IMG/VR virus record: IMGVR_UViG_3300047552_001889
Location: 1 to 64,000 of that record
Origin: a virus
Taxonomy: Duplodnaviria > Heunggongvirae > Uroviricota > Caudoviricetes
Direction: 5' to 3' (one strand)
Length of the DNA stretch: 64,000 nt
The notes under the pieces were generated by a model that worked only from the letters and a program-made list of their open reading frames with translations, made no database searches and was not told where the DNA came from. A program made the position numbers and the translations under genes. Numbering within the stretch: the stretch's first letter is position 1; every line of letters starts with the position of its first letter. Below, one piece after another: positions 1-9,237 of the stretch.

Positions 1-2
1 GC

Positions 3-620
3 ATGGAAAATTGTATTAAATTTCGAGGAAAGATTTTGTTCGACCCAGAGGAGATTACAAACAAGCAAGAACGTCAATCTGAGTGGAAGAAGTTTGCCAT
101 GGTTATGCTTGAGCCAGGGCTTTCCTCTAAGGAAAAGGGCATCACAGAATACTATGCCTGGCTCTTCAGAAAGAGATTTAATCTACCACTTCACAAGCCC
201 TTGAGAGGCGCTCATGTTACCATTATTAATGATAGAGAATCTGAAACAAATGGTAAGTGGGAGGAAGTTAAGGCTAGGTGGGATGGAAAGGAAATTGACA
301 TTTACTTGAATGTGGACCCATTTCTAGGAATTAAAAATAGAATGGGTAACTATGTTGACTGGTGGCTAACTGTTCCATATGAGTATCGAGATGAGCTTGG
401 AGCTATTAGAATGGAGCTTGGGCTTCCAGCTAGGCCATACTTCGGCTTCCACATGACAATTGGAACTGCTATAAACTTCTACCCAAAGACTGGCGAAGGA
501 ATAAACGCAACAAAGGCTAAGGGTATGTTTGAGGAGTATTCCAGATACATCATAGAAATGGCTCAGAGTGACTTATTAAACCTTGGCGAGATGCCAGAAC
601 ATAATAGTAAAGCAAATTGA
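3..620 (+). CDS. 2H phosphoesterase superfamily protein (LigT/cyclic phosphodiesterase-like)
   Basis: Two H-x-T-x motifs (GAHVTII and FHMTIG) about 85 aa apart, typical of 2H cyclic phosphodiesterases and LigT. The ORF begins at the window edge. Confidence 0.5.
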   Translation: MENCIKFRGKILFDPEEITNKQERQSEWKKFAMVMLEPGLSSKEKGITEYYAWLFRKRFNLPLHKPLRGAHVTIINDRESETNGKWEEVKARWDGKEIDIYLNVDPFLGIKNRMGNYVDWWLTVPYEYRDELGAIRMELGLPARPYFGFHMTIGTAINFYPKTGEGINATKAKGMFEEYSRYIIEMAQSDLLNLGEMPEHNSKAN

Positions 621-838
621 TGGAAGAATATAGACCAAAGGACGAAGAGTGTCCATCTCAAGAATTTGACTATGGAAAACCTAGTGGAGGATGCTGGGGA
701 GATGGTCACTACATGTGTGAAACCTGCAGGCATTTTAGAAAAGATTTTGTCGGAGAAAAAGGAATTCAAAAAAGAAGTGATTTACTAGCTATGCAAGGTA
801 TGCCTGGTATTGCAATTAAAATAGGAACTATAAAATGA
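617..838 (+). CDS. small Cys-rich hypothetical protein
   Basis: 73-aa ORF whose start is ATGA-coupled to the upstream gene; motif CxxxxHYMCETC. Confidence 0.3.
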   Translation: MMEEYRPKDEECPSQEFDYGKPSGGCWGDGHYMCETCRHFRKDFVGEKGIQKRSDLLAMQGMPGIAIKIGTIK

Positions 839-2010
839 AAATAAGTGTAAATGATATTCGAACTCTCCCATCAAGTATGGGATTTGGGTTCTGTGTATAT
901 GGTGAGCCAAGTGAGATAATCACTAAGTGGGCTAATCGTTGGGGATTTAGAATAGTCTCTGGAGAAGGGGGATATACAAACATTATTGTCCCTAAGAACT
1001 ATGACATTTCAGAGTGTTTTGAGCCGTTTGTAGAATATAGCTATGTTGATGGATTTAGCCCAAATCTTAACAAGCACCTGCACATTGGGCATATGTCCAA
1101 CTTCATAATAGCCAAAACCTTTCAGTCAATGGGTGTTGGGCGTGAGTTCATATCCATTCTGGGAGATACTCTTGATGGTGGTGTTGAAAAGGGTGAGGCA
1201 TATAATATGTATCGAAAGTATTGTGAAGAATTTGGTCTTGATATATCTCAAATCTTCTACGCCTCTCACATGACCTATACTGGAGATAAGTTAGAAGATG
1301 GAGAGGGTGATTATTCTGGAACAAAGGTTTTTAATACTGGTAGTGAGAAGATAGTCGGCATCAAGAGTGATGGCTCAACAAGTTACTTCTATCAAGATAT
1401 GGCTCTTGCAGAGATGTTAGGTGATTCAACCCTATACTTGACAGGTCATGAGCAAGATAACCACTTTAAGGCCTTAAAGGAATTCTATCCGCAAACAAAT
1501 CATGTTGGATTGGGTCTTGTTAAGGTTGGTACAAAGATGTCTAGTCGAGATGGGAATGTAATTTTCTTCTCAGACCTGATTGAAGAATGTCTTGAGGAGT
1601 TTGATAACGACCTAGAGCTTGTATATAACGTTCTTGCTGGGTTCATACTAAAGATTGAGCCAACAAAGGATAAAAATATTAACCTTAAGCTACTAAAGAA
1701 TCCTAAGAACTCTCCTGGGCTTTACTTGTCGTATACACTTGCTCGACTAAAGAGTGCTGGCGTTAAAGGATTAGAAACAGATGAGTTCAATAGTACAGAG
1801 CTACAATTCAAATATTTAAAGTCTCTTCATAATCTGCAGCCAAATATCCTGTTCAATGCACTTATTGAACACTGCAAGTTAATCAACAACTTATACTCCA
1901 AGTTCAAAATTGAGGGACATCCAGAAAATGAGGTAATGTTCAGCAATTTGAAGGAGGACTTAGAGTTAGGAATGAGCAAGTTAGGATTATTCTTGATAGA
2001 TAAGGTGTAA
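835..2010 (+). CDS. truncated class I aminoacyl-tRNA synthetase paralogue, ArgRS-like
   Basis: HIGH motif in SPNLNKHLHIGH (compare ArgRS SANPTGPLHVGH). The KMSKS position is GTKMSSRDGNVIF, which matches the ArgRS MSTRxG variant. LYLSYTLARLKS resembles the ArgRS DALR anticodon-binding domain. At 391 aa it is about 180 aa shorter than canonical ArgRS. Confidence 0.45.
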   Translation: MKISVNDIRTLPSSMGFGFCVYGEPSEIITKWANRWGFRIVSGEGGYTNIIVPKNYDISECFEPFVEYSYVDGFSPNLNKHLHIGHMSNFIIAKTFQSMGVGREFISILGDTLDGGVEKGEAYNMYRKYCEEFGLDISQIFYASHMTYTGDKLEDGEGDYSGTKVFNTGSEKIVGIKSDGSTSYFYQDMALAEMLGDSTLYLTGHEQDNHFKALKEFYPQTNHVGLGLVKVGTKMSSRDGNVIFFSDLIEECLEEFDNDLELVYNVLAGFILKIEPTKDKNINLKLLKNPKNSPGLYLSYTLARLKSAGVKGLETDEFNSTELQFKYLKSLHNLQPNILFNALIEHCKLINNLYSKFKIEGHPENEVMFSNLKEDLELGMSKLGLFLIDKV

Positions 2011-2065
2011 AATATTTGCACAGTTATTAATTTATCACTAATTTTGAAACGAACAAATCAAGGCT

Positions 2066-2908
2066 ATGGCAAAATTTGAAATTAAGAAAGGTATTCAGTC
2101 TGCGTTAAGTAATAGTGGTAAACCACTTCTTGATGTGCGCTTTCTTGGTATAGGAGGGGCTTTCGATACTGAAGAAGGAACTGCCAGTGTTTTGTTTAAG
2201 ACAAGGGGTGGTAAGTTCTTCCTGATTGACTGTGGATATACTGCATATTCTAAGCTTAGAAAATGGAACCAAGTTGATGTAATCGACAGAGTTTTTATCA
2301 CACACACTCATGAGGACCATATAAATGGATTGTCAACACTTGTTTATGAGCGATTCTTTGTTCACAATCAGAAGACAATTATTGAGTGTCATGATACTGT
2401 AGCCCCAAGGGTTAAGCAATACCTTGATATTTGTGGACATCCAGAAGAACAATACGAAATAAGAATTGGAAACGTCTTCATCGAAGACGAGAGTATAAGC
2501 ATTACCAAGATTGACACTACAAGCAATCATTGGCCAGTTAACAACTTTCCAAACTCAGCCCTTCTATTTCACTTCAGTGTTGGTGATGATTATGCGGTTG
2601 TAATCTACAGCGGAGACATCAATGTGCCAATCACTAATTTGATGCCAGTTGAACTTTATCCATTTGTATATGAGAAGCCTGATAATGTATTCATCTTCCA
2701 TGATATGACATCTTTGGTTCATCATCAAAACCCTCACACAAACTGGAGACTATTAGTTCCTATTAAGGAAATATTTAATAACCTGTTCACATATCATCAT
2801 AATGAAAATCAAGTTGCCATAATTAACCAGGAAAATCCTATTATGGCATCTACATCACTTATAATTAATGGTGAAAATTTTGTGATTGAAGAAAATAAGG
2901 GGATATGA
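2066..2908 (+). CDS. metallo-beta-lactamase fold hydrolase, RNase Z (ElaC)-like
   Basis: LGIGGAF..ASVLFKT..FLIDCGYTAY..VFITHTHEDHINGL matches the RNase Z/MBL HxHxDH zinc motif and its N-terminal glycine-rich region. Confidence 0.55.
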   Translation: MAKFEIKKGIQSALSNSGKPLLDVRFLGIGGAFDTEEGTASVLFKTRGGKFFLIDCGYTAYSKLRKWNQVDVIDRVFITHTHEDHINGLSTLVYERFFVHNQKTIIECHDTVAPRVKQYLDICGHPEEQYEIRIGNVFIEDESISITKIDTTSNHWPVNNFPNSALLFHFSVGDDYAVVIYSGDINVPITNLMPVELYPFVYEKPDNVFIFHDMTSLVHHQNPHTNWRLLVPIKEIFNNLFTYHHNENQVAIINQENPIMASTSLIINGENFVIEENKGI

Positions 2909-3177
2909 TAGAAGGTTTACAGCATCAGCAGAATATGAATTCCGAGATGGAGAAGTACATCAATGAAATGCAAGCAGAGCAGTCAAAATTTAACTTTGTT
3001 ACCATTGGATTCAATGTTGATATGAGAGAGGCTGAGAAGAGGTACATGGAAGAGTGGAAAAACGATATAGGTGGAGTTAAGACAGCTCAGATGACTTTCA
3101 GTCAATGGCTGGATGGAAAGAAGTATGAGGCAACTAAGTTTTACATTAAGCATAGTGATTTTTATTTAGGATTTTAA
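2905..3177 (+). CDS. hypothetical protein
   Basis: ORF with ATGA overlap with the upstream gene. Confidence 0.3.
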   Translation: MIEGLQHQQNMNSEMEKYINEMQAEQSKFNFVTIGFNVDMREAEKRYMEEWKNDIGGVKTAQMTFSQWLDGKKYEATKFYIKHSDFYLGF

Positions 3178-3179
3178 AC

Positions 3180-3449
3180 ATGGAACTAAAATTATTTTTT
3201 TCTGAACAAGAAATTATATCATTCTTAGAAAGGAGTGGATACACAGTTGAAGATGTAGATACTTGGGAGAATGAGAGTTCATATCATAATAAAGTTGAAA
3301 CTGTTTCTTATAAGGTCAAGATAGCCTTCAAGTCAAAGGATGAAATTGATGGGGACCTCCTTCTTAGAGATAAGTACTGGATAGAATCAAAAATAGGTAT
3401 TAATACTGTCTTCAGGAGTTTGATTAAAGAAAAAATTTTAAATTTGTAA
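3180..3449 (+). CDS. hypothetical protein
   Basis: ORF tightly packed in the operon. Confidence 0.3.
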   Translation: MELKLFFSEQEIISFLERSGYTVEDVDTWENESSYHNKVETVSYKVKIAFKSKDEIDGDLLLRDKYWIESKIGINTVFRSLIKEKILNL

Positions 3450-3450
3450 T

Positions 3451-4002
3451 ATGAGTGAGCAAAAGAGAATATCAGAGTGGCTGACAACAGCTGGAGTGGA
3501 AAGTCCAAAAACTCCACAATTCCCCGCAAGTGATAAATTACAACTTGCGCTTGGATTGGTACTTGAAGAATTGTTAGAAGCTGCTGAATCAGCTTCAGAT
3601 GAAGACGCAAATAAATTCTTTGATGAGGTTATTCGAGCGGCTACCATGGCTAAGTTTAACATGGTTGGTAGAAACAGAAATGAAGGTGACTTAACTGAAC
3701 TTAGAGATGCTTGTGCAGACCTAAGAGTGGTTATGGGTAATCTCATTCACTTCGCTGGAATACAAGAGCAATTTGAAGAAGACTTTGCTGAGGTCATGGA
3801 TTCAAATTTCTCTAAGTTCTGCTCAACAGAGCAAGATGCTATGTACTCTGTAGAAGCGTATGCTAAGGGAACTCACCCAAATAAGATGGGTGAAGTAATC
3901 GAGTGTTACTATGAGAAGGTTGGAAACTACTGGATTGTTAAGAGAAAATCAGACAACAAGGTTCTTAAGTCTATTGGATTTAAGGAGCCAAATTTTAAAT
4001 AA
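3451..4002 (+). CDS. hypothetical protein, possible MazG-like all-alpha NTP pyrophosphohydrolase
   Basis: Acidic helices LVLEELLEAAE and DACADLRVVMGNLIHFAG give a weak resemblance to the MazG EExxE / DxxxD core. Confidence 0.3.
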   Translation: MSEQKRISEWLTTAGVESPKTPQFPASDKLQLALGLVLEELLEAAESASDEDANKFFDEVIRAATMAKFNMVGRNRNEGDLTELRDACADLRVVMGNLIHFAGIQEQFEEDFAEVMDSNFSKFCSTEQDAMYSVEAYAKGTHPNKMGEVIECYYEKVGNYWIVKRKSDNKVLKSIGFKEPNFK

Positions 4003-4018
4003 AAAAAGAGAACAAAAA

Positions 4019-4735
4019 ATGGAAAACTTAAAGAAAGATTTTGAACTTTTCGCAAGAGACAAGGGAATTTCAAGCTTGACGCTTGATGGTTATTCTAAAA
4101 TTATAAACCATAATGTGTTTATGCCGCAGTCAATAGCGCAAACTCCTTTCGCTATGACACCAAACATCATCGAAGAGAGACAGTTGAACGCTATTGCGAT
4201 GGATGTCTTTTCAAGATTGATGATGGACAGAATCATCTTCCTTGGAACTGGAATTGATGACACTGTTGCAAACGTAATCAACGCTCAGCTATTATTCCTT
4301 GAGTCTGTAGATGCTAAGAAAGACATCACGATATACTTTAACTCTCCAGGAGGAAGTGTTTACGCTGGACTTGGTATTTATGATGTTATGCAGTATGTTA
4401 AGCCAGATATTGTAACTGTTAACACGGGTATCGCAGCTTCGATGGCATATGTGCTGGCTTGTGCTGGAGAAAAGGGTAAGAGATATTCTTTGCCTCATGC
4501 AAGATACATGCAGCATCAACCTCTTGGTGGAGCTTCAGGTCAGGCTTCTGACATTGAAATTACAGCTAAGGAGATTCAAAAGCTTAAAAAAGAGCTCTAT
4601 GAGATAATCTCACTTCACACAGGTCAACCATATGATAAAATTTGGAGTGACTGTGATAGAGACCACTGGATGACAGCTAGAGAGGCAAAAGAATACGGTT
4701 GTATAGACCACATTCTTAAGGGGGCTAAGAAATAA
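4019..4735 (+). CDS. clpP: ATP-dependent Clp protease proteolytic subunit ClpP
   Basis: FNSPGGSVYAGLGIYDVM..GIAASMAYVLACAG..MQHQPLGG are canonical ClpP Ser/His/Asp-region motifs. The ATG at 4019 is chosen over the track's 3911 start, which would overlap the previous gene by 90 nt. Confidence 0.85.
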   Translation: MENLKKDFELFARDKGISSLTLDGYSKIINHNVFMPQSIAQTPFAMTPNIIEERQLNAIAMDVFSRLMMDRIIFLGTGIDDTVANVINAQLLFLESVDAKKDITIYFNSPGGSVYAGLGIYDVMQYVKPDIVTVNTGIAASMAYVLACAGEKGKRYSLPHARYMQHQPLGGASGQASDIEITAKEIQKLKKELYEIISLHTGQPYDKIWSDCDRDHWMTAREAKEYGCIDHILKGAKK

Positions 4736-4740
4736 CAAGG

Positions 4741-4770
4741 TTGACCAGGGTTTTCTGGTCAACTTTTTTT
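4741..4770 (+). terminator. rho-independent terminator after clpP
   Basis: Hairpin TTGACCAG-ggtttt-CTGGTCAA followed by CTTTTTTT. Confidence 0.7.
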
Positions 4771-4781
4771 AATTAATTCTT

Positions 4782-5261
4782 ATGAAGGACGTAATAGCAA
4801 TATATCCTGGGAGCTTCAATCCATTTACCATTGGACATCAAAATATTCTTGAGAAAGCTGAGAGAATATTTGGACAAGGAAATGTAATTATAGCTGTTGG
4901 GGTAAACCCAGATAAGACAACGAGTGTTGATGACTCAAGGGTTCAAACCATCAAGAGGCAATTGACATCAAAGACTGTAGATAGCTATAGTGGCTTTTTG
5001 ACTGATTACGTCAGAGAAAAGGAATCTGAGACTGGTAAGCGAGTTGTGGTAATACGTGGTCTAAGAAATGGTCATGATTTTGACTATGAATATAATCAGC
5101 TTAGATTTATGTGGGACCAAATGCCAGAGCTTGACATTGTATGCTTATTTGCTGACCCCATTTACATGCATGTATCTTCAAGTGCTTATAGAGCCCTAGA
5201 AAAGGTTAAGACAGGTTCTGGACATAAGTATTTAGCTGTAGATAAAAATTTGGAAAAATAA
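4782..5261 (+). CDS. coaD: phosphopantetheine adenylyltransferase (PPAT/CoaD family nucleotidyltransferase)
   Basis: N-terminal AIYPGSFNPFTIGHQNIL matches the PPAT GSFDPxTxGH (H/T-x-G-H) motif; size 159 aa. Confidence 0.7.
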   Translation: MKDVIAIYPGSFNPFTIGHQNILEKAERIFGQGNVIIAVGVNPDKTTSVDDSRVQTIKRQLTSKTVDSYSGFLTDYVREKESETGKRVVVIRGLRNGHDFDYEYNQLRFMWDQMPELDIVCLFADPIYMHVSSSAYRALEKVKTGSGHKYLAVDKNLEK

Positions 5262-5267
5262 AATTAA

Positions 5268-5792
5268 ATGGAAACAAAAGTAGTTGATTTTAATCATACA
5301 TATAGTCTAACTAAGGGTATGTCAATGCAAAAAAAGATGAGGTCAACACCTCTTAAGGATTGGCTTACAGACCCTGAACTAAAGGATAGGTTATCTGGAA
5401 CTCTTAAAAAAAATGCCTCAATTGGCTTTAAATATTTAAGTCAACTTAATGAGGAAGCTCTGGCTCAGACTCTTGGATGGGGTTTTGAATCTTCTCCCAC
5501 TACGTTCATCACATTCAATGATGCGATAACTGAAGGAGATTGTCATTCATTAACAGAAGTTGGATGGCATGTTGATAGATTATTGAGTACTCATATTTTT
5601 GATGAGGACCACTTCGAGTTGAAATATATTGTTGTTCAGGACTATAATGGAAAAATAGAGAGACAAGGAATTGGCGTAGTTCTGAGAGAAACTAGCATTT
5701 CTTGGGTAATGAAGGGTCACTTAGTTTTTTCTTTATTGACTGAATATGATAGTGATAAAAAGGAGTGGACAGATTGTTTAAATCCATTTTAA
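5268..5792 (+). CDS. hypothetical protein
   Basis: ORF only. Confidence 0.3.
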   Translation: METKVVDFNHTYSLTKGMSMQKKMRSTPLKDWLTDPELKDRLSGTLKKNASIGFKYLSQLNEEALAQTLGWGFESSPTTFITFNDAITEGDCHSLTEVGWHVDRLLSTHIFDEDHFELKYIVVQDYNGKIERQGIGVVLRETSISWVMKGHLVFSLLTEYDSDKKEWTDCLNPF

Positions 5793-5793
5793 G

Positions 5794-6267
5794 ATGACTG
5801 TAGACATTAAGCCAATAGATTGCTATATTGAAGAATCATTTTTAACTAAACAAGATTCTGACGATATTTTGAAGTGTAAAATTATAGGAATTCAAGCTTA
5901 TAAAAACGCTTTTCCTACACTTCAAATATTAATTGAAGATTCTTATCTTTTTTCTGATATTCCAATTGAAATGGTTTTTCATAGAAAAGATGTTAAACCA
6001 GACAATATGATGCATCAGCATAAGAAGTGTCCATCGTATAAAATAGAGGTTTTTTACCATTCTATTTTTAAAAATAGAAAAATATCTTTCCTAAATGTAT
6101 TGAAGGGTAAGTTTATGGCTGGTGAGTATTTACTTAGTTTCGATTTTTATACAGACAATGAGATGCTTCACTTAATTAAAGGAGATGATGGTCTTTTTTA
6201 TATATCACCTAATCATAAAATTAATTGGTCAGCAAAAGAATATTTGCCTAATTTTAAAAAGATATGA
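5794..6267 (+). CDS. hypothetical protein
   Basis: ORF only. Confidence 0.3.
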   Translation: MTVDIKPIDCYIEESFLTKQDSDDILKCKIIGIQAYKNAFPTLQILIEDSYLFSDIPIEMVFHRKDVKPDNMMHQHKKCPSYKIEVFYHSIFKNRKISFLNVLKGKFMAGEYLLSFDFYTDNEMLHLIKGDDGLFYISPNHKINWSAKEYLPNFKKI

Positions 6268-6977
6268 AAATAGTATTTTTTTCCGATTCACACGGATTTC
6301 ACAATGAGATGACATTGCCAGAGACTGACATAGCAATTTGCTGTGGAGACATTTCTCTTCGTGGTCATAAGCATGAGGTTGAGAGCTTCATGGAGTGGTA
6401 CTCCAAGCAACCAGCTAAGCACAAAGTGATGATTGCTGGTAACCATGACTTTTGGTTTGAGCCAAGTCACCCAAGAAGCCCAAACCACAAGTTAAATGAC
6501 AACAGCTACCTTGACATCATTCCTGATGATATTATTTACCTTGAGAACTCTGAAGTGATAATCGAGGGTATAAAGATTTGGGGTAGCCCAGTTACACCAT
6601 GGTTTCACAGTTGGGCATTCAACATGATGCCTGAGGACCTTGAGACTTTTTGGGACCAGATTCCAGAGGATGCAGATATTGTTATAACTCATGGACCTTG
6701 CGCCAATACAATTCTTGATAAATGCAAGAGTGGTGATAGAGTGGGGTGTCCAAGCCTTACGAAGAGAATTGCTGACATACGTCCAAAGGTTTTGGCCTTT
6801 GGTCATATTCACGAGGCTTATGGAATTGATAGGAAATCTATTCCAGATGATGATGGTGTAGAGAAGGTTACAACCTTAATCAACTGCAGCGTTTTGAACC
6901 TGCAATACTACATGGCAAATGAGCCAGTTTTGGTAGATTGGGAAAAAATTTGTAAATTGCACGAAAATAAGAAATAA
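6264..6977 (+). CDS. calcineurin-like metallophosphoesterase
   Basis: MKIVFFSDSHG..GDISLRG..IAGNHD are metallophosphatase motifs I-III. Confidence 0.7.
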   Translation: MKIVFFSDSHGFHNEMTLPETDIAICCGDISLRGHKHEVESFMEWYSKQPAKHKVMIAGNHDFWFEPSHPRSPNHKLNDNSYLDIIPDDIIYLENSEVIIEGIKIWGSPVTPWFHSWAFNMMPEDLETFWDQIPEDADIVITHGPCANTILDKCKSGDRVGCPSLTKRIADIRPKVLAFGHIHEAYGIDRKSIPDDDGVEKVTTLINCSVLNLQYYMANEPVLVDWEKICKLHENKK

Positions 6978-6978
6978 G

Positions 6979-7425
6979 ATGAATAGTATTAAATTAACTG
7001 CTGAGCAAATTCAGTTTTTACATAATAATTCTGGATATGATGGAGGATTTAGAGAAGGTGGACAAGTTCTTAAGGGTTTTGAGAAGTGGTGGATTCATGC
7101 TGATGAGGATACGGGGGAATATGATGCAGGCAAGTCTTCTATGGTAAATTATGAGATAAAGCTATATAAGCCTTTGCTGGATGAGGATGGTAATGTAAGT
7201 GAAGACGATGAAGGGGTTCTTGTTGGAACAGCAATTGGTGGTTATTATAACGGAAATATAGGCCATCGTTTTAATTATAGCCTTGAATTTTTCCCTCCAG
7301 AGCCAGATACACCAGAGTCAAGATTTAGAAATTTTCTTATGGATATTGCTAAAGATAATTTAAGTATGGATAAGATGATTAATAAGATTGAGAAAGAAAT
7401 TAAAAATTTGAAAGATGCAAAATAA
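6979..7425 (+). CDS. hypothetical protein
   Basis: ORF only. Confidence 0.3.
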   Translation: MNSIKLTAEQIQFLHNNSGYDGGFREGGQVLKGFEKWWIHADEDTGEYDAGKSSMVNYEIKLYKPLLDEDGNVSEDDEGVLVGTAIGGYYNGNIGHRFNYSLEFFPPEPDTPESRFRNFLMDIAKDNLSMDKMINKIEKEIKNLKDAK

Positions 7426-7729
7426 AATTGAGAAAACACCAGAACAAAGAATTAAGAGACTTGAAGTTGCTGTAATAGCACTTTCAGTTGCATTTTTTGC
7501 GTCTCTTTTAATTTCATTCCTTGCCTATATGCAGATATTGACATTTTCAAGCAAAATTCCTGACTATAAGGAGATAAAGGAAGACATTAAGACACTTAAG
7601 GGTGCATATGATGTCGCTAAGGATAAGGCTCCAGTTGTAAAGGAGGCAGTTGTTAACAGCTATGAGTACACAAAGGAAAAGGCTGGAGACTTGGTTGACT
7701 ATTTTAAGGGTGATAAGGATGGCAAATAA
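7415..7729 (+). CDS. hypothetical membrane-anchored protein
   Basis: One N-terminal TM helix; start and stop overlaps with neighbours. Confidence 0.3.
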   Translation: MQNKIEKTPEQRIKRLEVAVIALSVAFFASLLISFLAYMQILTFSSKIPDYKEIKEDIKTLKGAYDVAKDKAPVVKEAVVNSYEYTKEKAGDLVDYFKGDKDGK

Positions 7730-8099
7730 TAATTCAAATACGAGTTCTGGAGGGGTAGGCTTCGTTGGTCTATTAACCATTTTATTCATAGCTCTAAAGC
7801 TGATGGGTAAGATAGATTGGTCATGGGGATGGGTTTTAAGTCCTGTTTGGATTTCTGCCCTTATACTTTTAGCTGTAGTTTTGTTCTTGTTTTGGCTTGA
7901 GAAGAGAATGAAAAGCAGAGCAAGGCATAAAATTATGAGAAGCAACCCAACTCCAGCACAAGATAGTAGGGGGTACTTTGAAACAATTCGACTTGACAGG
8001 AATAATAGAATGCTTAGAGTTGGTTTCGGCAAGAACAATGGGAGATGGTTTTTTAGAATAGACCTTTGGTTCTTTGGAATCAGAATTAAAAAGAGATAG
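7719..8099 (+). CDS. small integral membrane protein
   Basis: Two strong hydrophobic helices. The ATG at 7719 overlaps the stop of the upstream gene, so the track start 7650 is rejected. Confidence 0.35.
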   Translation: MANNNSNTSSGGVGFVGLLTILFIALKLMGKIDWSWGWVLSPVWISALILLAVVLFLFWLEKRMKSRARHKIMRSNPTPAQDSRGYFETIRLDRNNRMLRVGFGKNNGRWFFRIDLWFFGIRIKKR

Positions 8100-8376
8100 T
8101 ATGAAAAAGATTTTTTTGTTTCTTCTGAAGAAGTACTCGAAGAACGAGGCTGATAGGATGGAGATTTTAAAGCACCTACAAGAGGGTGTTCGTGAGGAAT
8201 ATAGAGAGCAAACTGGATATGGAAATATATACAACTTCTTTATTGAGTTTGCTATGTCAAATGACATAATAGTCGATGTAGTTAAGAAGGCTGAGCTAGA
8301 TAACTTTGAGATGATAAGAAGAGGTCTGAATAATGCTTATAACGAGGCTGCTATATTCATTGAAAAAGAGATGTAA
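8074..8376 (+). CDS. hypothetical protein
   Basis: ORF only. Confidence 0.3.
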   Translation: MESELKRDSMKKIFLFLLKKYSKNEADRMEILKHLQEGVREEYREQTGYGNIYNFFIEFAMSNDIIVDVVKKAELDNFEMIRRGLNNAYNEAAIFIEKEM

Positions 8377-8378
8377 TT

Positions 8379-8735
8379 ATGGGAATGTTTGATGCACTAA
8401 TTAATAGCAATAAGGAGCCAAAATTTGGAATGGAATACATCTACTTGCTCGATGTAGCATGGATTATAGGAACATTTGACACAGTTTCAGTTGATTTTGG
8501 ATGCATCATGACAGATGTTGTCAAGCTTCCAAATGATTCTTTTGAGTTTACTCACAAGGAAACTGGAAAAAGGTATAGAACAAACTATGGGTGGGCTCTT
8601 GCAGAGAATACTCCAGAAAATGTGGAGAGAATAAATGCATACCTAGAATCTAACAAGAAACTAAAGGAAGTTGAAAAAGAAAATAGTAGGCTTCGAAATT
8701 TAATAATTGACCTTGATGGTCCTAAAAAGATTTAA
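8379..8735 (+). CDS. hypothetical protein
   Basis: ORF only. Confidence 0.3.
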   Translation: MGMFDALINSNKEPKFGMEYIYLLDVAWIIGTFDTVSVDFGCIMTDVVKLPNDSFEFTHKETGKRYRTNYGWALAENTPENVERINAYLESNKKLKEVEKENSRLRNLIIDLDGPKKI

Positions 8736-8737
8736 AA

Positions 8738-9229
8738 ATGGAAAAAGAAAAGTTTACGTTCTTCTGGGGAGGGACATTTAGTCAGTGGGCACCTTCTAAA
8801 TTTATAATTGATGGAGTCGAGTTTAACACTTGCGAGCAGTACATGATGTACAAGAAGGCTCTTATGTTTCATGACTATGATTCTGCAAAGAAGGTTATGG
8901 AGACATCCAATCCTAAGGAGCAAAAGGCAATCGGAAGAAAAGTGAAGGGATTCAAGGATGATGTTTGGGTGAAGTATTGTCGTGATATTGTATACGATGC
9001 AAACGTTGCTAAGTTCACTCAAAACCCAAGCATGCTTAGCGAGCTTATGGCGACAAACGGAACAAGCTTAGTTGAGGCTTCTCCATATGATAAGCGTTGG
9101 GGAATTGGTCTTGGTGCAGAAAACCCATTTGCTCAAGATAGAAGTACTTGGGATGGGTTAAACTGGCTTGGTGAGGCAATTCAGAGGGTTCGTGAGGACA
9201 TTAATAGCGGAAAAATTTTAATCAAATAA
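8738..9229 (+). CDS. NADAR (YbiA-like, DUF1768) domain protein
   Basis: FFWGGTFSQW..DGVEFNTCEQYMMYKKALMFHD..KFTQNP..LVEASPYDKRWGIGLG matches the NADAR/YbiA signature (FxxFSNW, EQ, WGxG). Confidence 0.75.
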   Translation: MEKEKFTFFWGGTFSQWAPSKFIIDGVEFNTCEQYMMYKKALMFHDYDSAKKVMETSNPKEQKAIGRKVKGFKDDVWVKYCRDIVYDANVAKFTQNPSMLSELMATNGTSLVEASPYDKRWGIGLGAENPFAQDRSTWDGLNWLGEAIQRVREDINSGKILIK

Positions 9230-9237
9230 GTTAAGTT

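Noticed and set aside
3911-4018. Upstream extension of clpP (track start 3911)
   Set aside because: It would overlap the preceding gene by 90 nt and add a non-conserved N-terminus. The ATG at 4019 gives a canonical ClpP length.
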